From assembly GCA_022813865.1 (NCBI GenBank), contig JALDZX010000007.1, forward strand, positions 248,001 through 312,000: a DNA stretch of 64,000 nt, given 5' to 3'. Position numbers and translations under genes: made by a program. Shown here one piece after another: positions 13,319 to 26,749 of the stretch; positions within the stretch are counted from its first letter, which is position 1, and each line of letters opens with the position of its first letter. The notes beneath the pieces were generated by a model. That model searched no databases. It was not told the origin of the DNA and saw only the letters and a program-made list of their open reading frames with translations. Source of the stretch: Xylographa opegraphella (taxonomy: Eukaryota).

Positions 13319-14077
13319 GTTTGTATGGACAACTGCTACTTGAGAATAGCCTGGCCAGCTTGAGTTGTTTCATGCTGAAGTATAGAATAAAGGGGCAGAG
13401 CTGGACGTGATATATTCGTGGTGCAACGACGGCTGTCGAAGGAGCAGCCATCCATTGCCGTACCGAGCTCTACCATCGGAGATTTGGTCTTCTATTGCCG
13501 GATAAAGATGGAGCGAATAGACGCAAAACGACTAAGAGTGAATGCGCATTGCGAGCGGACCGCGCAGGACTACCTAGGAAAGGGGCTTCTTGCTGCAGCA
13601 GCGTGAGGTTGTGTTTCAGTGTTTGGCATAGGATATGTGGGCCTGTGAGGCGTAAATTACATACCATCTCATCTTCTGGTATCCGCTTCAAACCGAACCT
13701 CACCTTGTTTCTGGCCTAGGTTCTAGAGCTATACTTGGATACTGCTCCATCGTGCTGCGTAAGTCGGACACAGACTCGCATAGCCACGGCCAATCAGTCA
13801 GGGACTGGCCTATCATTACTTAGCGGTCCAGAATGGCGGAATTCGACGCGTGTAGCAATGGATACTGTCCACTATATCCCCATTTATTATGCTGTGAAAG
13901 TTGTCTTAGGATTCAGCTTGCACTCAACGTGTCCTGGACTTCCGAAGGCTTTGTCCTTTCGACTCTTGTATAGCAAATACGTTCAGACTTGCTTTGAATT
14001 TCGCCTATAGTTGGTCCACTGTCTTGGCCAGAGATACACTCTTATATCAGGTGTTGAGACCGTGATTATCTTACACT

Positions 14078-15357
14078 ATGGGGTGGGAACATTGCAGTAA
14101 GTTGTCAAATACGGCTGTCTGGGTGCAACTGGTTTCTGCTACAATATGGTTGACTGGTCTGCGTTACAGATTTGACGGATACCGCGGACTCGCAGTATAA
14201 CTACTGTGCTTCCGGACCGCCGGCAATCCTATTCGCATGTCTCTTTTTGATCACCTTCGGTGTTCATTGCGTTCAAGCATATATGTTCAGAAAGAAGTTT
14301 GGATGGGTCATCTGTATGGCAACGGCCTGGGAGTTCATTGGTTTTGTTTGTCGCACCATTACAACGTTTAATCAGGTGACCGACGTTGTGACGAGCGAGG
14401 CGGTCCTATTTGTTCTTCTAGCTCCGTTATGGCTTAATGCATTTGATTATATTGTCTTTGGGAGGATGATCTATTACTACCTCCCGGAGAAGAGAATTGC
14501 AGGAATCAAGGCGGAAAAGATTGCTACTATATTCGTTTTGATGGATATCCTGTATGTTGATCCTTGTAGTATATCGGTGTCCTATTGTCTTACCTAATGG
14601 TGCAAATAGTGCATTCATCGTTCAACTCATTGGGGGTGTGATGGGCCAGAACGGCGATGCCACCACAGTCACTCTGGGACTCAACATTTACAGTGGTGGT
14701 GTGGCGCTCCAGCAATTCTTCATACTAAGCTTCATCAGTTTGATTGTCATCTTTCATCGGAAGATGCTTCGGGGGGAGAGTGTCCAGGGACGGCATGGCT
14801 GGAAAAGACTCCTGTACCCATTGTACGCGACGTTGCTGCTTATTACGGTACTTCCCCCTGGCGTGTGAAAATTAGTGAAACTCGCCCCGAAACTAATTTC
14901 TATTGAACAGTTACGCATTCTCTACCGAATAGTAGAATTCGCCAATGGCGGCAATGCCGTATTGAACGACAACGAGGTGTTCATCTACGTCCTAGACGCC
15001 ACCCCGATGCTCTTCGGCATGGTTATCTGGAACATCTGGCACCCAGGGCGGACTCTACTGGGACCAGAGTCTGAGCCGCCAAAGGTTTTAAGCCGCCGTG
15101 TTCTGAAGAGCAACGCACGAAGAGCAATCCGACGGGAGGAGCATGACGCCAGGAAGGAACGCAGGGCAGCTGGCAAAGAGTCGCCTTTCATCATCATGGA
15201 ACACTCTAACGTGACCAATGACGACGAGAACAAAGTCCATGAAAGCCACGCAACGGTACAGCATTGGAGCCAGTGGCCGCTCATCCCCGTCAAAATTGCA
15301 AGGACGAAGGCTAGAGATATTGGCAGCAACGTTGGGTCCAGGAGCGCAAGACGTTGA
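14078..15357 (+). CDS. RTA1-family lipid-translocating exporter (multi-TM); exons 14078-14096, 14170-14551, 14610-14847, 14911-15357
   Basis: Multiple TM segments with RTA1 motifs LLAPLWLNAFDYIVFGRMI, FIVQLIGG, LRILYRIVEF and FIYVLDATPM..WHPG. Three GT-AG introns restore the frame. Confidence 0.88.
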
Positions 15358-16183
15358 GCTCTCAAATGAAGCCTTTGTGCCTCGGACATTACACGATCAC
15401 AGAAAGGGAGGTTCGTGAGGAAAAGCCCAAATGGCACGTAGGTCGGGGAGATGGCGAGAGTCATGTTTACTGGTGTTTGTAATGGAGTTCTCTGTTTTGA
15501 ATTCGTGGTCGTGGGCAATAGTCCAGAATCGCAGATCCAACTGCAGCCTGGTAAAAGGAGTTAGCTCAGTTATGTACCGACCCTTGAGGAGGGCTCGACG
15601 TGGTGCAACAAAGTGTGTTCCCTTGCATGGTGATTATGATTCACAAAGATTCTCCCATTATATCACTGGACGATGGCTGCTGCCACTACCAAGTCAAAGG
15701 CTCTCCTCTTGCCCTTCGTCATCAGTACGTGTCGACTCTAGCAGCCTTGTGCTCCTCGGCGAAAAGAATTCTCTGGCCACCTTGGCAAGCTCGGTGAGGT
15801 ACTGTTCAATACAGTACCATAATGTCTAGTCACGAGACTCACAAGACCAGAGTTCCGACACAAGACTCATCGAATCAAGATGGGAATAGCGTGACTACAG
15901 TGGAGGTATTGACCCAAGGTAAGTGAAACTCCCTTTCCGCAAATATTGACTATCAGCGATCTCAGTATGACTTTGAAACCTGAACAGCTCAAGCCCACAT
16001 CTATCCTTGCTTTGCCTGCCCGGCCCTGCGGAATAAGATTCTTACTATGGTAATTCAAGTCCTGGACTACAGGTTCATTGTGAACCTTGCGGTTACAAGC
16101 AGCCTTTTTTGGGTAACCTGTCGGGCCCACCTGCTCATGATGCAGGCGTCGCTACGTGGATCGTTGGCATGTGAGGAGATTGT

Positions 16184-16835
16184 TTGCCTCCACGACTATC
16201 CCACGTCTCAGATTCCGACCATCCGCCAGGCAGGTTCACCGAGCAGGAGGAGCGCGATACATATAGGATTGTGTTACCAGATGAGCATGAACGAATTAGC
16301 CGTCGCAACAGCAGTTTCTACACGATGGTACAACACATCTTTCAAAACATCCAGTTTAGACTATCTAGATTGTTACGACACCTTCCACTCTCACACAATT
16401 GGATTACATGCAGCCCGTGGCCAGGACCGCTTCCTCCTGATAGTAAGGGGAAATTGGCAAGCATCGAAGAGATCTTCTACCCAAAGCATCGTGCTTAGTT
16501 CTTTCAGGACTTGACCACTCCAAAACATATGCGCGCGGGCAGGTATTGCTCGTCAATCTGACTACTTCATGGGCCAAAAATCTATCAAAGAGGGTTCGCT
16601 CATGTCCTTCTAATGCTGGTCTTCTGATCCGTTTGCTTCAGAAGCAGGTGAACGAAGCTTGACCCGCAGACGGTTGGCCAGACACCGCTTCGATCTCACC
16701 ACGGCAGAGAAGCACGATCGAAGCATCAGAGGCGATGAGCAATGGCTGGATGTTTCGGCCCACATCAGTGAGGAAATTGACGAAATTTGGGATTCGAACG
16801 ACGAGATTTGGGATCCCGATGACGATGATTATTAG
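16184..16835 (+). pseudogene. Possible degraded relic of an unknown gene
   Basis: Fragmentary frames: EERDTYRIVLP (loosely like fungal EIRDxIYRxVL N-terminal motifs) and an acidic tail SEEIDEIWDSNDEIWDPDDDDY*, separated by stops. Confidence 0.2.
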
Positions 16836-17077
16836 TATCCTGAATTAGTGGGGTTTTTTGCACCAGCTGATGAGGACAGTCTACATGTTTTGCAGATGAG
16901 GTAGACACTGCAGCCCAGAGATGTCTCGCAAGGTTTAGCTGATACTTGCTTAATGCCAGCCTTCGCAACAGAGCATTCATGAATGAGCGCCAGCGTTATC
17001 TTGATGATGCGCACAAAGTTGTCAGGCTCTGCGACAAGACTACTTTATGAAGTCTGTATATTAATTTGCTGAAGCTC

Positions 17078-17110
17078 TGTGGAAGAGATGTGGAAGAGAT
17101 GTGGAAGAGA
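17078..17110 (+). repeat. Tandem repeat (TGTGGAAGAGA)x3
   Basis: Three perfect 11-bp copies are directly visible. Confidence 0.9.
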
Positions 17111-18918
17111 TTTAGCTCGCTTAGTTCTCCAAAATAGGAATAGCGTTAGACGCACATTTTTAGCTGAAGTTCGACTTTTGTCTTTCTTTTTTCTCAATTG
17201 CCCACTGCAGAATGGCTCATTTTCATTGGCCGTATTGTCATTGACAGATTGGTGCCACGTTGTACCGCTTCGGACCTTGGATTTGGAACCCCGTCGGCGA
17301 TGCCTTTTGCTCCCACCTTTAACACCACACATCACCCCCGCTGCTCAGCCGACATTCATTCAGAGGACGAACCCTATCGAGAATACCATTAGGCGAATTA
17401 CATAACGGTTGGAATGTCAGACCTCCAACATTGCCGTCCCGCCCGTCGATCCAAGGCTGGCGGCACGCAGAGTGGTGTGTGACCCCTGTGCATAAACATA
17501 ACCACTCGTATCACCGGAAGTCGGAGTAGTCTGTGACTCTCAGAATCTAAACTAGTGCTTGAACATGAATCGTTGGAGCCGGAGCCGCGGACTGTCTAGG
17601 TAGCACTACAACCACTGCAGTGCCTAGTGGGAAGACTACTGCATTATACTCTCCGTGGCGCTTCACGCCTCTCCTGCATGCCTGACCGCCTGGCCGAGAG
17701 TGGTGCATTTCCTCTCGCATTACCTTAGAGCCTGCCTGAGTCAAGTGTAGCACTTGATGAAACCGAACTCTGTCTGTTGTGGTCTCCTTAGCTAGTACGT
17801 CAGAGCGAGAATGGTCCGACGGCGCTCGAATACAATGAGATGCATTATTCGAATTGAATGAATGAGAATATTGATTTTTATGTTTAGATAACCTACGGCA
17901 GCTAAGCAGTACTCGAGGCAGCTATGATGTGGATAACCTAGCAAAATCTCGGCCTATCCGTCGATAGCAGCCCTTGGCAGTGACGCCGTTTGAAAGCGCG
18001 ATTTGCCGCCCTTAGGGCAGCGATCGTTCGGCGTGAACGCGGGGACAGAATACCGCCCGTTTCTTCGGTCATCATCAGCCCAGTTGGTTCTCACTCCTTG
18101 CAATTCGAAAACATGTCACTGTAACGTGAGTAACGGATCACATCGATGGCTTGCCCTCATTGCGGCTCGGCGTTATGGCGGCGGGCGGAATCCACCTCTT
18201 GGTCGGCCCACACGCCTCCTACTGCATGAGGGTGTAGCTTCAAACTATCTGCACGATCTGCTGGATCTCAAAGCTGCCGGGCTCACCATGTGTATTCAGA
18301 ACACCGGAACCGCTTGCGTCCAGACGAGGAAAGTTCTTGCGGAGATTACGCCAACCAGTGTGGTCGATGTCACCGTCGTATGGCTTGTTTACCAAACCCA
18401 TTGTATCGACCCGGACCAGCTTCTTGTAGCTTAGTCACGAGAACTGAGTTCAGTTCATGCTGCTGCGGCCAGGGTCGGCGGCACAGCGGGAAGTTACCGA
18501 GCAAATAATCCGAAAACGTGCAAGCTGTCCCTTGTACGGGAGTGGGGGCGGTGAGATGTGGAGACCTGAGCTGTGGCCTTCAATGGTTCTATTCCCCGTA
18601 CAACCATGGCAGCGTGGTGGACGATGTAACACCTTGCGGGCAGGTTGCAGAATATCGTTCTCGTTAGTCGCTCGCTTGGGTCCATCTGGAAGGGCGCCGG
18701 TGTCCCCGGGGTCGTCGGAGAAGGCAGATCAGCAAACGGATCGAACTACCTTTAGTAAAGTCTTTGTCTGCACTGTATCTTCGGCGGAGGCGACGTTGCT
18801 AGTACAATGCTAACCAACATCTGTCCCACGATGAAGCAAAAATACGTTCCATGAGCGAAAGCCAACGTGTGGGGGACCCCTGCACGCCATGTGGCCGAGC
18901 TACCCGAGTTCGCAGCTG

Positions 18919-18994
18919 CCACGTGCCGCAAAATACCCGAACCTAAATCCCAATTCGTCCCAAGTCGAAACGGCTCGCAGGGGCCCTGTTTAGC
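18919..18994. promoter_or_regulatory. Candidate cis-regulatory module upstream of FAS beta (CCACGT ... CTGTTTAGC)
   Basis: CCACGT at 18919 and CTGTTTAGC at 18986, with the same order and nearly the same spacing and ATG distance as upstream of FAS alpha. Confidence 0.3.
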
Positions 18995-19817
18995 GTGACC
19001 AATATATGCGAGGTGAACGTCGGAGCGACTACCTACTTGCTATCAGCCCGGACACGAGCGTCTTACACAATGAGGCATACTCGGGCATCGACGGTGCCTG
19101 GACTGACCTGTTGGGGCAAAGCTTGCACCTATCATCGCCGTCTGACGATCATGCTGTCGTAGTATCTACTACTGGCTTAGATCAGAGCCATAACTCTTGG
19201 ACTGTGATCTGGGCAAGTTCTGGACTCGGTCTGTACGGCGCCTTCCGACTTCGAGATGGCTTGTCCCGGAACGATGGAGGTGCTGTCAAGTATCATTCCG
19301 TGCCCAGCATGGCAATGTCGGATGAGCGCCTCGGAAGGGTCAAGGACTCCACGTGTGTACCTGCATTCAATATCCCCACAAGCATGCATGGCACGTATTG
19401 ACAGCTCCTCGGATCGAAACTGCTCTGATGACCAGTAATTTCCCTGTATCCCGACACTCCTGGGACAGCCTTCGCGACTCTTTTCCCTCTGTCTCAGCTA
19501 CCCGACCATTCCTAGGGCCAAGAAGGCTCGAGAAGCTATTGGTTTGAGGTTGCATCTGACGGGAGATCCATGCCGGGTCGTTTCATGGAGAATGGTGCAT
19601 TTGTATATGGTGTGATTTTGTTTGCCACCGAGTAGCTGGGCCCAGCCCGTCCCCAAGCTGAACAAATTTCTTGCAAAAAGGGACCTTGTCCCGACCTCTC
19701 TCTGGAATGTTGAGCGACCAGTACACTTCCTGTACGCATGAATTGTCTCCATAGTGGCATTTTTTGTCTTTCTCTCCCCTCTCAATCCTGCCTTTTGGGA
19801 TTTCTTTAGCTCTCACC

Positions 19818-22800
19818 ATGTCCATCACTGTTGATGGGCAGATGGCATTCCCCACGCATATATGCCTGAAGGCATTGGACATCCTCGGCACTGAGAGTAG
19901 TACTCCTAGCGAGAGTAACAGTCCGTTCGACGACGCCAATGCGAGCGGCAGCAGCAGTCAGAGTGATTGTTCCTCGGAAGAAGCATCGAAAACAGAACTG
20001 AGCTCAATCATCATCGCTCACGGTACAACCGGCATCACATTTACGGTTCCACAACCTCTCAAATATTTTGCTTCGCAACTCAGAGACGAATTCATCACAA
20101 ATCTGCAAAACCCTATTCCTGATAGTGCTTGGGACGGCGATGTGTTCTTCAAGGGAGAGCTTTGCGCTCGGTTTATGGCATTCGTCATTGACCAAATTGA
20201 GCAGCACGTCGACGAAGAGCATATAGTATCGATCTATTCGAGTATTTTGGCAACACTATATGACACCTTTGAAGCTCAGAGCTTGAGGGGTAGGGAAGTA
20301 CACACTGCTGTCTCTTCCTGGCATATAACTTCAGTCAACAAGCAGCTCACCATCCAAGCCTACCTGAAAGCCAAATCCCTACTCGCCACGAAACAATCAT
20401 ACAACAATTCGTATTCCAAATCTGCTCTCTACACAGCCGCTCTTGACGGAAAGGCTAGTGTGTTTGCCATATTTGGAGGCCAGGGAAACGATGATGCTTA
20501 CTTCAATGAGCTGGAAAGCATCTATACGGTGTATCAGATCCTCACAGGAGGCTTGATTACTGCAGCATCTCGTCTTCTAGAACGACTCTCCCGAGACGAC
20601 CGTTTTGCCGAGCAATATCCCCACGGCTTCAATCTTATACAGTGGCTGGAGGATGCATCCTCGCAACCCGAGACCGCTTATCTTATCTCTGCTCCCATTA
20701 GCTTTCCCCTAATTGGACTTCTGCAATTGCTCCATTACAAAACTGTTTGTCATGGATTGGGCTGCAATCCATCAGAGATGCACAAGATGTTTTCAGGCAC
20801 AAGTGGCCATTCGCAAGGCATCGTGGTCTCGACGGTCATCGCTGCTGCAGTTTCTTGGACCTCGTTTGATGACCTCTCGCTGGAAGCACTCGTCATGCTT
20901 CAATCAATGGGCGCCCGAAGTCAGGAGGTTTTCCCTCCGGTAACCTTATCTCCGTTCATCATCGCCGATGCTGAGGAGCATGGTGAAGGATCTCCCACTC
21001 CAATGTTAAGCATTCGCGATATGTCCATCCATAGCGTTCAGGAAGTCGTCGGAGATGTCAACCAACACTTGGATATATCACAGCGCATCGAAGTTTCTCT
21101 CATTAACGCACGAAACAAGATTGTTGTTAGTGGACCACCTCTGTCGCTACATACTTTGAACCTGAGGTTACGCTCACGGAAGGCACCGGCTGGCGTCAAT
21201 CAAGCTCGGATACCCTTCAGCGAACGGAAGCCAAATTTCTCACATCGATTTCTTCCCATCACAGCACCCTTTCACAGCTCGCATCTTTCCGAAGCTGTCG
21301 ACTTGGTCAACAATGATCTGCAGCATCTCTCCATATTTGGATCAAGTCTAAGCATACCGGTCCATGCCACTCACGACGGTGCCGACCTCCGGCTTCGAGG
21401 TCAGGAAAACATTCTTCCCGATATTGTCCGTATGATCCTCGAGCAACCTTTATATTGGGAGCGAGCATCTGAATTTCATGGCGCAACTACCATTATCGAC
21501 TTCGGTCCTGGTGGAGCGGATGGAGTTGGGGGATTAACAAACAAGAACAAAGAGGGGCTTGGGGTTCGGGTAATCCTCGCAAGCATGCTTGAAGGAACCA
21601 ACCCCGACCTAGGCTACAAGTCCGAAATATTCGACCAAAATCTAACCGCGGAATCCTTCGCGAAAGGCACTTGGAGCCATCAATATGCCGCTCGTCTTGT
21701 CAACACTCGTCAGGGACGCACCCTTGTTGACACCAAGATGAGCAGACTTCTTGGTCTGCCACCCGTCATGGTAGCAGCAATGACGCCCACAACAAGCTCA
21801 GCCGCCTTTGTTATCGCTACGATGAACGCTGGCTATCATGTCGAGCTAGCCTCGGGCGGGTTTCATAATGCTCATGCGTTGACGACCGCCATCCATGAAA
21901 TAGCCGCGAACGTCGTGCCCGGACGCGGGATCACAATCAACGTTATCTATGCGAGTCCTCATTCTATGCGATGGCAGATCCCTCTTATCGCAAAGCTCAG
22001 CGCCGAAGGATTACCCATTGACGGCCTCACCGTTGGTGCCGGCGTACCATCAATTGAGATCGCAAGTGGATACATCCATGACCTTGGTCTAAAGCACATC
22101 AGTTTTAAGCCAGGTTCCCTCCTGGCAATTCAGCAAGTCATCAGCGTTGCAAAGGCACACCCGACCTTTCCAATTATTCTACAATGGACGGGAGGTCGTG
22201 GTGGCGGCCATCACTCCTTCGAAGACTTCCATCAGCCATTGCTTGAGATGTACGGCCGGATCAGAAGCTGTAGCAATATTGTACTTGTTGCTGGTAGTGG
22301 TCTAGGGGGCGCTGACGATTCCTATCCATATCTGTCGGGCGAGTGGTCTCTACAATATGGCTACCCTGCAATGCCTTGTGACGGCATACTGTTAGGCAGT
22401 CGAGTGATGGTTGCTAAGGAAGCACGAACCAGCCCAGGTGCAAAACAAGCCATTGTAGATGCCGTCGGCGTTTCAGATTGCCACTGGGAGCAAACTTACA
22501 AGCAATCTACAGGCGGAGTCCTAACAGTCATGTCTGAAATGGGCGAGCCAATCCACAAGCTTGCGACCAGAGGAGTTCAGTTATGGTCAGAGATGGACCG
22601 CACCATCTTCAATCTCAAGAAACCAGATCTCGTGAAACAACTTCAGAAACGCCGCCGTGAAATCATTCATCGACTCAATTCTGACTTTCAGAAGGTTTGG
22701 TTCGGCAAGGACTCCTCAGGGAAAGCTGCCGATATCGAGGATATGACATACGCTGAAGTCATTTTAAGATTTATTGATTTGACCTATGTCAACCATCAAG

Positions 22801-25800
22801 ATCGCTGGATTCATAGCACTTTCAAATCACTGGCAAAGGATCTCATGACTCTTGCAGAGTCGCGATTCACCGGACAACCAGGCTCCTCTTTACGATCGAG
22901 GAACACCGACGATCTCGACGATCCATACCTCGTTGCACAGAATCTATTCGAGTGCTATCCAAGGATGGCCGATCAGCTCATGATCTACCAAGATGCGCGT
23001 AGCTTCATCGCCATGTGCAAAAGGAAAGGACAGAAGCCAGTGCCGTTCATTCCTATTCTTGACGAAAGTTTCGAAACCTGGTTTAAAAAAGATTCACTTT
23101 GGCAATCTGAGGATCTTGAAGCTGTCGTCGACCAAGATGTAGGCCGAGTTTGCATTCTGCAAGGACCTGTCGCAGTCCAATACTCTAAAGCTGTTGATGA
23201 GCCTGTGAAGGATATTCTGGACGGGATCCACAACGGTCACATTGCCATCATTCGTAAGCAATCAGGCGATGACCAAGAGATCGAAAACTTGTTTGTTGAA
23301 TGCTTCGGGCTATACTCTGGCAGCTCTACCCAGGAGACTGCACTGGATGTGAAACTCATATACCAGCATGAACAGAGCACTATCTACGAAGTTTCTCCGT
23401 CTGTCGATGAACCAATGCCCAGCCTCGATCAATGGCTTAGTGCGCTTGGAGGCATTGAGAATGATTGGAGGCGTGCATTCTTCACTACGAAGAACATTGT
23501 ACAAGGCACAAAACTTTGTGAGAATCCCGTCCGAAGATTGTTCCAGCCTACGCGTGGTACCTACGTTCAGGTAGAGGATCTCGAAAATTCGACTGTCACG
23601 ATTTCAATGTTTGAGCACCAAGAAAATGATTATCCCCTCAAAGTCGCCGAGGTCAAGGCCATTGAGCAAGGTCTCGTCTCATTGCACATCCTAGACAATC
23701 GAGCAACTCCTGCAGGGCCTGCCGCACTCGCACTTCGGTTGGAATACTCATATCATCCGGAACATGGTTTTGCGCCAATTCGCGAAGTGACCGAAGGACG
23801 TCACGAGCGTATTAAGGATTTCTATCGTCGAGTCTGGTTTGGCGAAGACGAAAGTATCATGCAATCCTCCGTCCACGACCATTTTGTCAGCGAACCAGTC
23901 TTGGTCTCAAGTGAATCAATTACAAAGTTCGCACGTTGTATCGGAAATTTTGATGATGCCTTTACGAAACGAGGCAGCAAGCAGCTATATGCGCCGATGG
24001 ATTTTGCGATTGTAGTCGCTTGGAAAGCTCTTATGAAGCCCCTCTTTGCTAAAGAGATCGACTGTGATATTCTTAAACTGGTCCATCTATCAAACGGCTT
24101 CAAGATGATAGATGGTGTAAGCCCAATCGAAGAAGGTGACATTCTCAACACCGTTACCCGTGTTGTCACACTCATCAACCAAAATGCCGGTAAACTCGTG
24201 AAAGTTGAAGGCCACATTTTCAAGGATGGCAAACCAGTCATTGAGATTACAAGCGAGTTCCTCATTCGCGGTACATACGATGACAATGAGGATACTTTTG
24301 AGCGTGTCGAGGAATTGCCAGTTGAGATCTATCTGGAATCGCCGAAAGATGTCGCAGTATTGAAAGCCAGGAAATGGGTTCATTTCCATGATGAAAATGT
24401 CGAACTACTTCAACGAAAGCTCGTCTTTCGTCTTCAAACTGTTTCTCGATATGGCGGTAACGGCACTTTCAGCAGTATCAGCTCGACAGGGACGGTCGAA
24501 CTGTCTTCGAATCTCTCTAAGCCGCATCAAATCGCAGTGGTCAATTATAGCGCCAGTAATCCCCACAGGAATCAGGTTCTCGAATATCTCAGACGCCATG
24601 GACATCCCACAGAACGACCAGTACTATTCCAGAACGGAGTTCCACTGCTGAGCGGAGGAGCAGTGACTATAAACATGCCCGCTTGTAACCAGCAATATGC
24701 CAGAGTATCCGGAGACTACAATCCCATCCATGTCTCCACAGCTTTATCGCGATACGCCGAGCTTCCAGGCACTATTACGCATGGCATGCACACGAGTGCA
24801 ATGGTTAGAGGACTTGTGGAGCGATGGGTCTGCGCCTCTGACATAGGATGTTTCAAGAGCTTTAACTGTTCGTTCACTGGTATGGTGCTTCCTAACGATA
24901 AACTGGAGGTAAACCTCCAGCAGATTGGTATGGTCAACGGCAAGAAAATCGTGAGCGTGAAAGCAACCAATTCCACCACTCAGGTTACTGTTCTCCAGGG
25001 AGAAGCTCAGATTGAGCCCCCAAGCACGGCATACGTTTTTACTGGTCAAGGTAGCCAACATCAGGGTATGGGAATGGAACTGTACGCTGAAAGCAAAGCT
25101 GCCCGGCAGGTTTGGGACTTTGCGGACGAGCATTTCTTGCAAAATTATGGTAAGCCAGCCAATTCACATTGGAAAAGTATATCTAACAGTCACAGGCTTC
25201 CGGATCACCGACATTGTGAAGAACAACCCAAAAGAGCTTACCATCCACTTCGGGGGTGCTCGAGGAAGACGTATTCGTGACAACTACATGGCTTTCACTT
25301 ACACTGCCGCTTCAGCTAGCGATGATGCTATGGAGACCAAACCAATATTCCCCACGATCAACGAAGACACCGACTCCTATACGTACACCTCAGCAGGCGG
25401 ATTACTCTCAGCAACTCAGTTTACCCAGCCGGCATTGACCCTCATGGAGAAAGCCATCTTCGAAGACATGCGATCTCGAGGCTTGATCTCGGATGAGAGC
25501 TCCTTCGCCGGTCATTCGTTAGGAGAATACGGTGCTCTATGTTCCATGGGTGGTGTCCTCTCCGTCGAGAGCCTCGTCGCATTGAGCTTCTATCGAGGCT
25601 TGAGCATGCAAATCACAGTGGAACGCGACACGAAAGGGCGCTCGAATTATGCCATGTGTGCGATCGACCCTGGACGCGTAGGAAAAGGTTCGTCAGCCTT
25701 GTCAGTATTTTGTCACCCACTAACTAATACCTCCACAGGCTTCAGTCAAGAAACCCTAGCATTTGTCATTGACACCATCGTCGCTGAGACGGACGGCCTC

Positions 25801-26447
25801 CTCGAGATCGTCAATTATAATATCCTCAATACGCAATACGTCTGCGCTGGCGAGGTAAGCCACCTCCCTCCCCTTTACTCCTATCCACCCCATATTACCC
25901 AACGCTAATATACCCTTCCCTCACAGCTGCGAACCATCGCCATCCTGACACACGTCCTCAACACACTCAAAGCGCTCGCGCTCCCACCCTCGGCTCTCCC
26001 CACACGACTCCCCACCATCATCGCCGACTACCTCGCCTCCTCCAACAAATCGAGCCGCCCCGTCCTCAAGCGGGGCGTCTCTACCGTCCCGCTGCAGGGC
26101 ATCGACGTGCCCTTCCACTCCTCGTACCTGATGCCGGGCGTCGACTCCTTCCGCCACGTGCTGGAGCGCTACATCCAGCGGGAGAACGTGTGCGTCAAGC
26201 GCTTGACGGGCAAGTATATCCCGAACTTGACCGCGCGGCCGTTCGAGGTCTCGAAAGAGTATTTCGAGGAGGTGGGCCGTTTGACGGGGAGTGCGGTCGT
26301 GGAAAGGGTCTTGAGCGAGGTATGTGTAACCCGTGCATTAAATTGTAGGTTGAGAATCGGGCTGACGAGTTCACGCAGTGGCATCAATACGAAGATTCGG
26401 CGGTGGGGCTGGCGAAGCTGGAGAGTGGGCTTGTGCTGGCTTGTTAG
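19818..26447 (+). CDS. Fungal type I fatty acid synthase beta subunit (AT-ER-DH-MPT), ~2133 aa; exons 19818-25149, 25196-25687, 25739-25854, 25927-26319, 26379-26447
   Basis: AT FGGQG and GHSQG, ER QWTGGRGGGHHS, WFKKDSLWQSED, DH SGDYNPIH..GTITHGM, MPT FTGQGSQ and GHSLGEY, GIDVPFHS, YIPNLTA. Four GT-AG introns keep the frame to TAG 26445-26447. Confidence 0.95.
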
Positions 26448-26749
26448 GGAAGGTTGCTGCGGTAGATGGCGATGGTGGGGAACAGGGTTCAGGATACACA
26501 TATCTCTTTGGGGTCAAAAAATCGTGGATGGATGGATGGCGGAGAAAAGGGCACATTCGATAGTTGCAGTTTTTCAGGCACTCATTGCCGGGATTCTGTT
26601 TTTCTCTCTCACAAAAAAATGGTCGTCGTCGGTCCGGTTGGGTTTCGTTGGCTGCTTGGCATAATACATACCCCCGAATACATTGCTCTTTCGGGGAAAC
26701 CATATTCACCACGCTAGGTATATGCATTCGAAGGACCCGCACCGACAAC

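Noticed and set aside
19764..19817. Extended non-ATG start of the computed FAS beta ORF
   Set aside because: TTG start in a pyrimidine-rich 5' UTR; the first ATG, at 19818, has good context (CACCATG).
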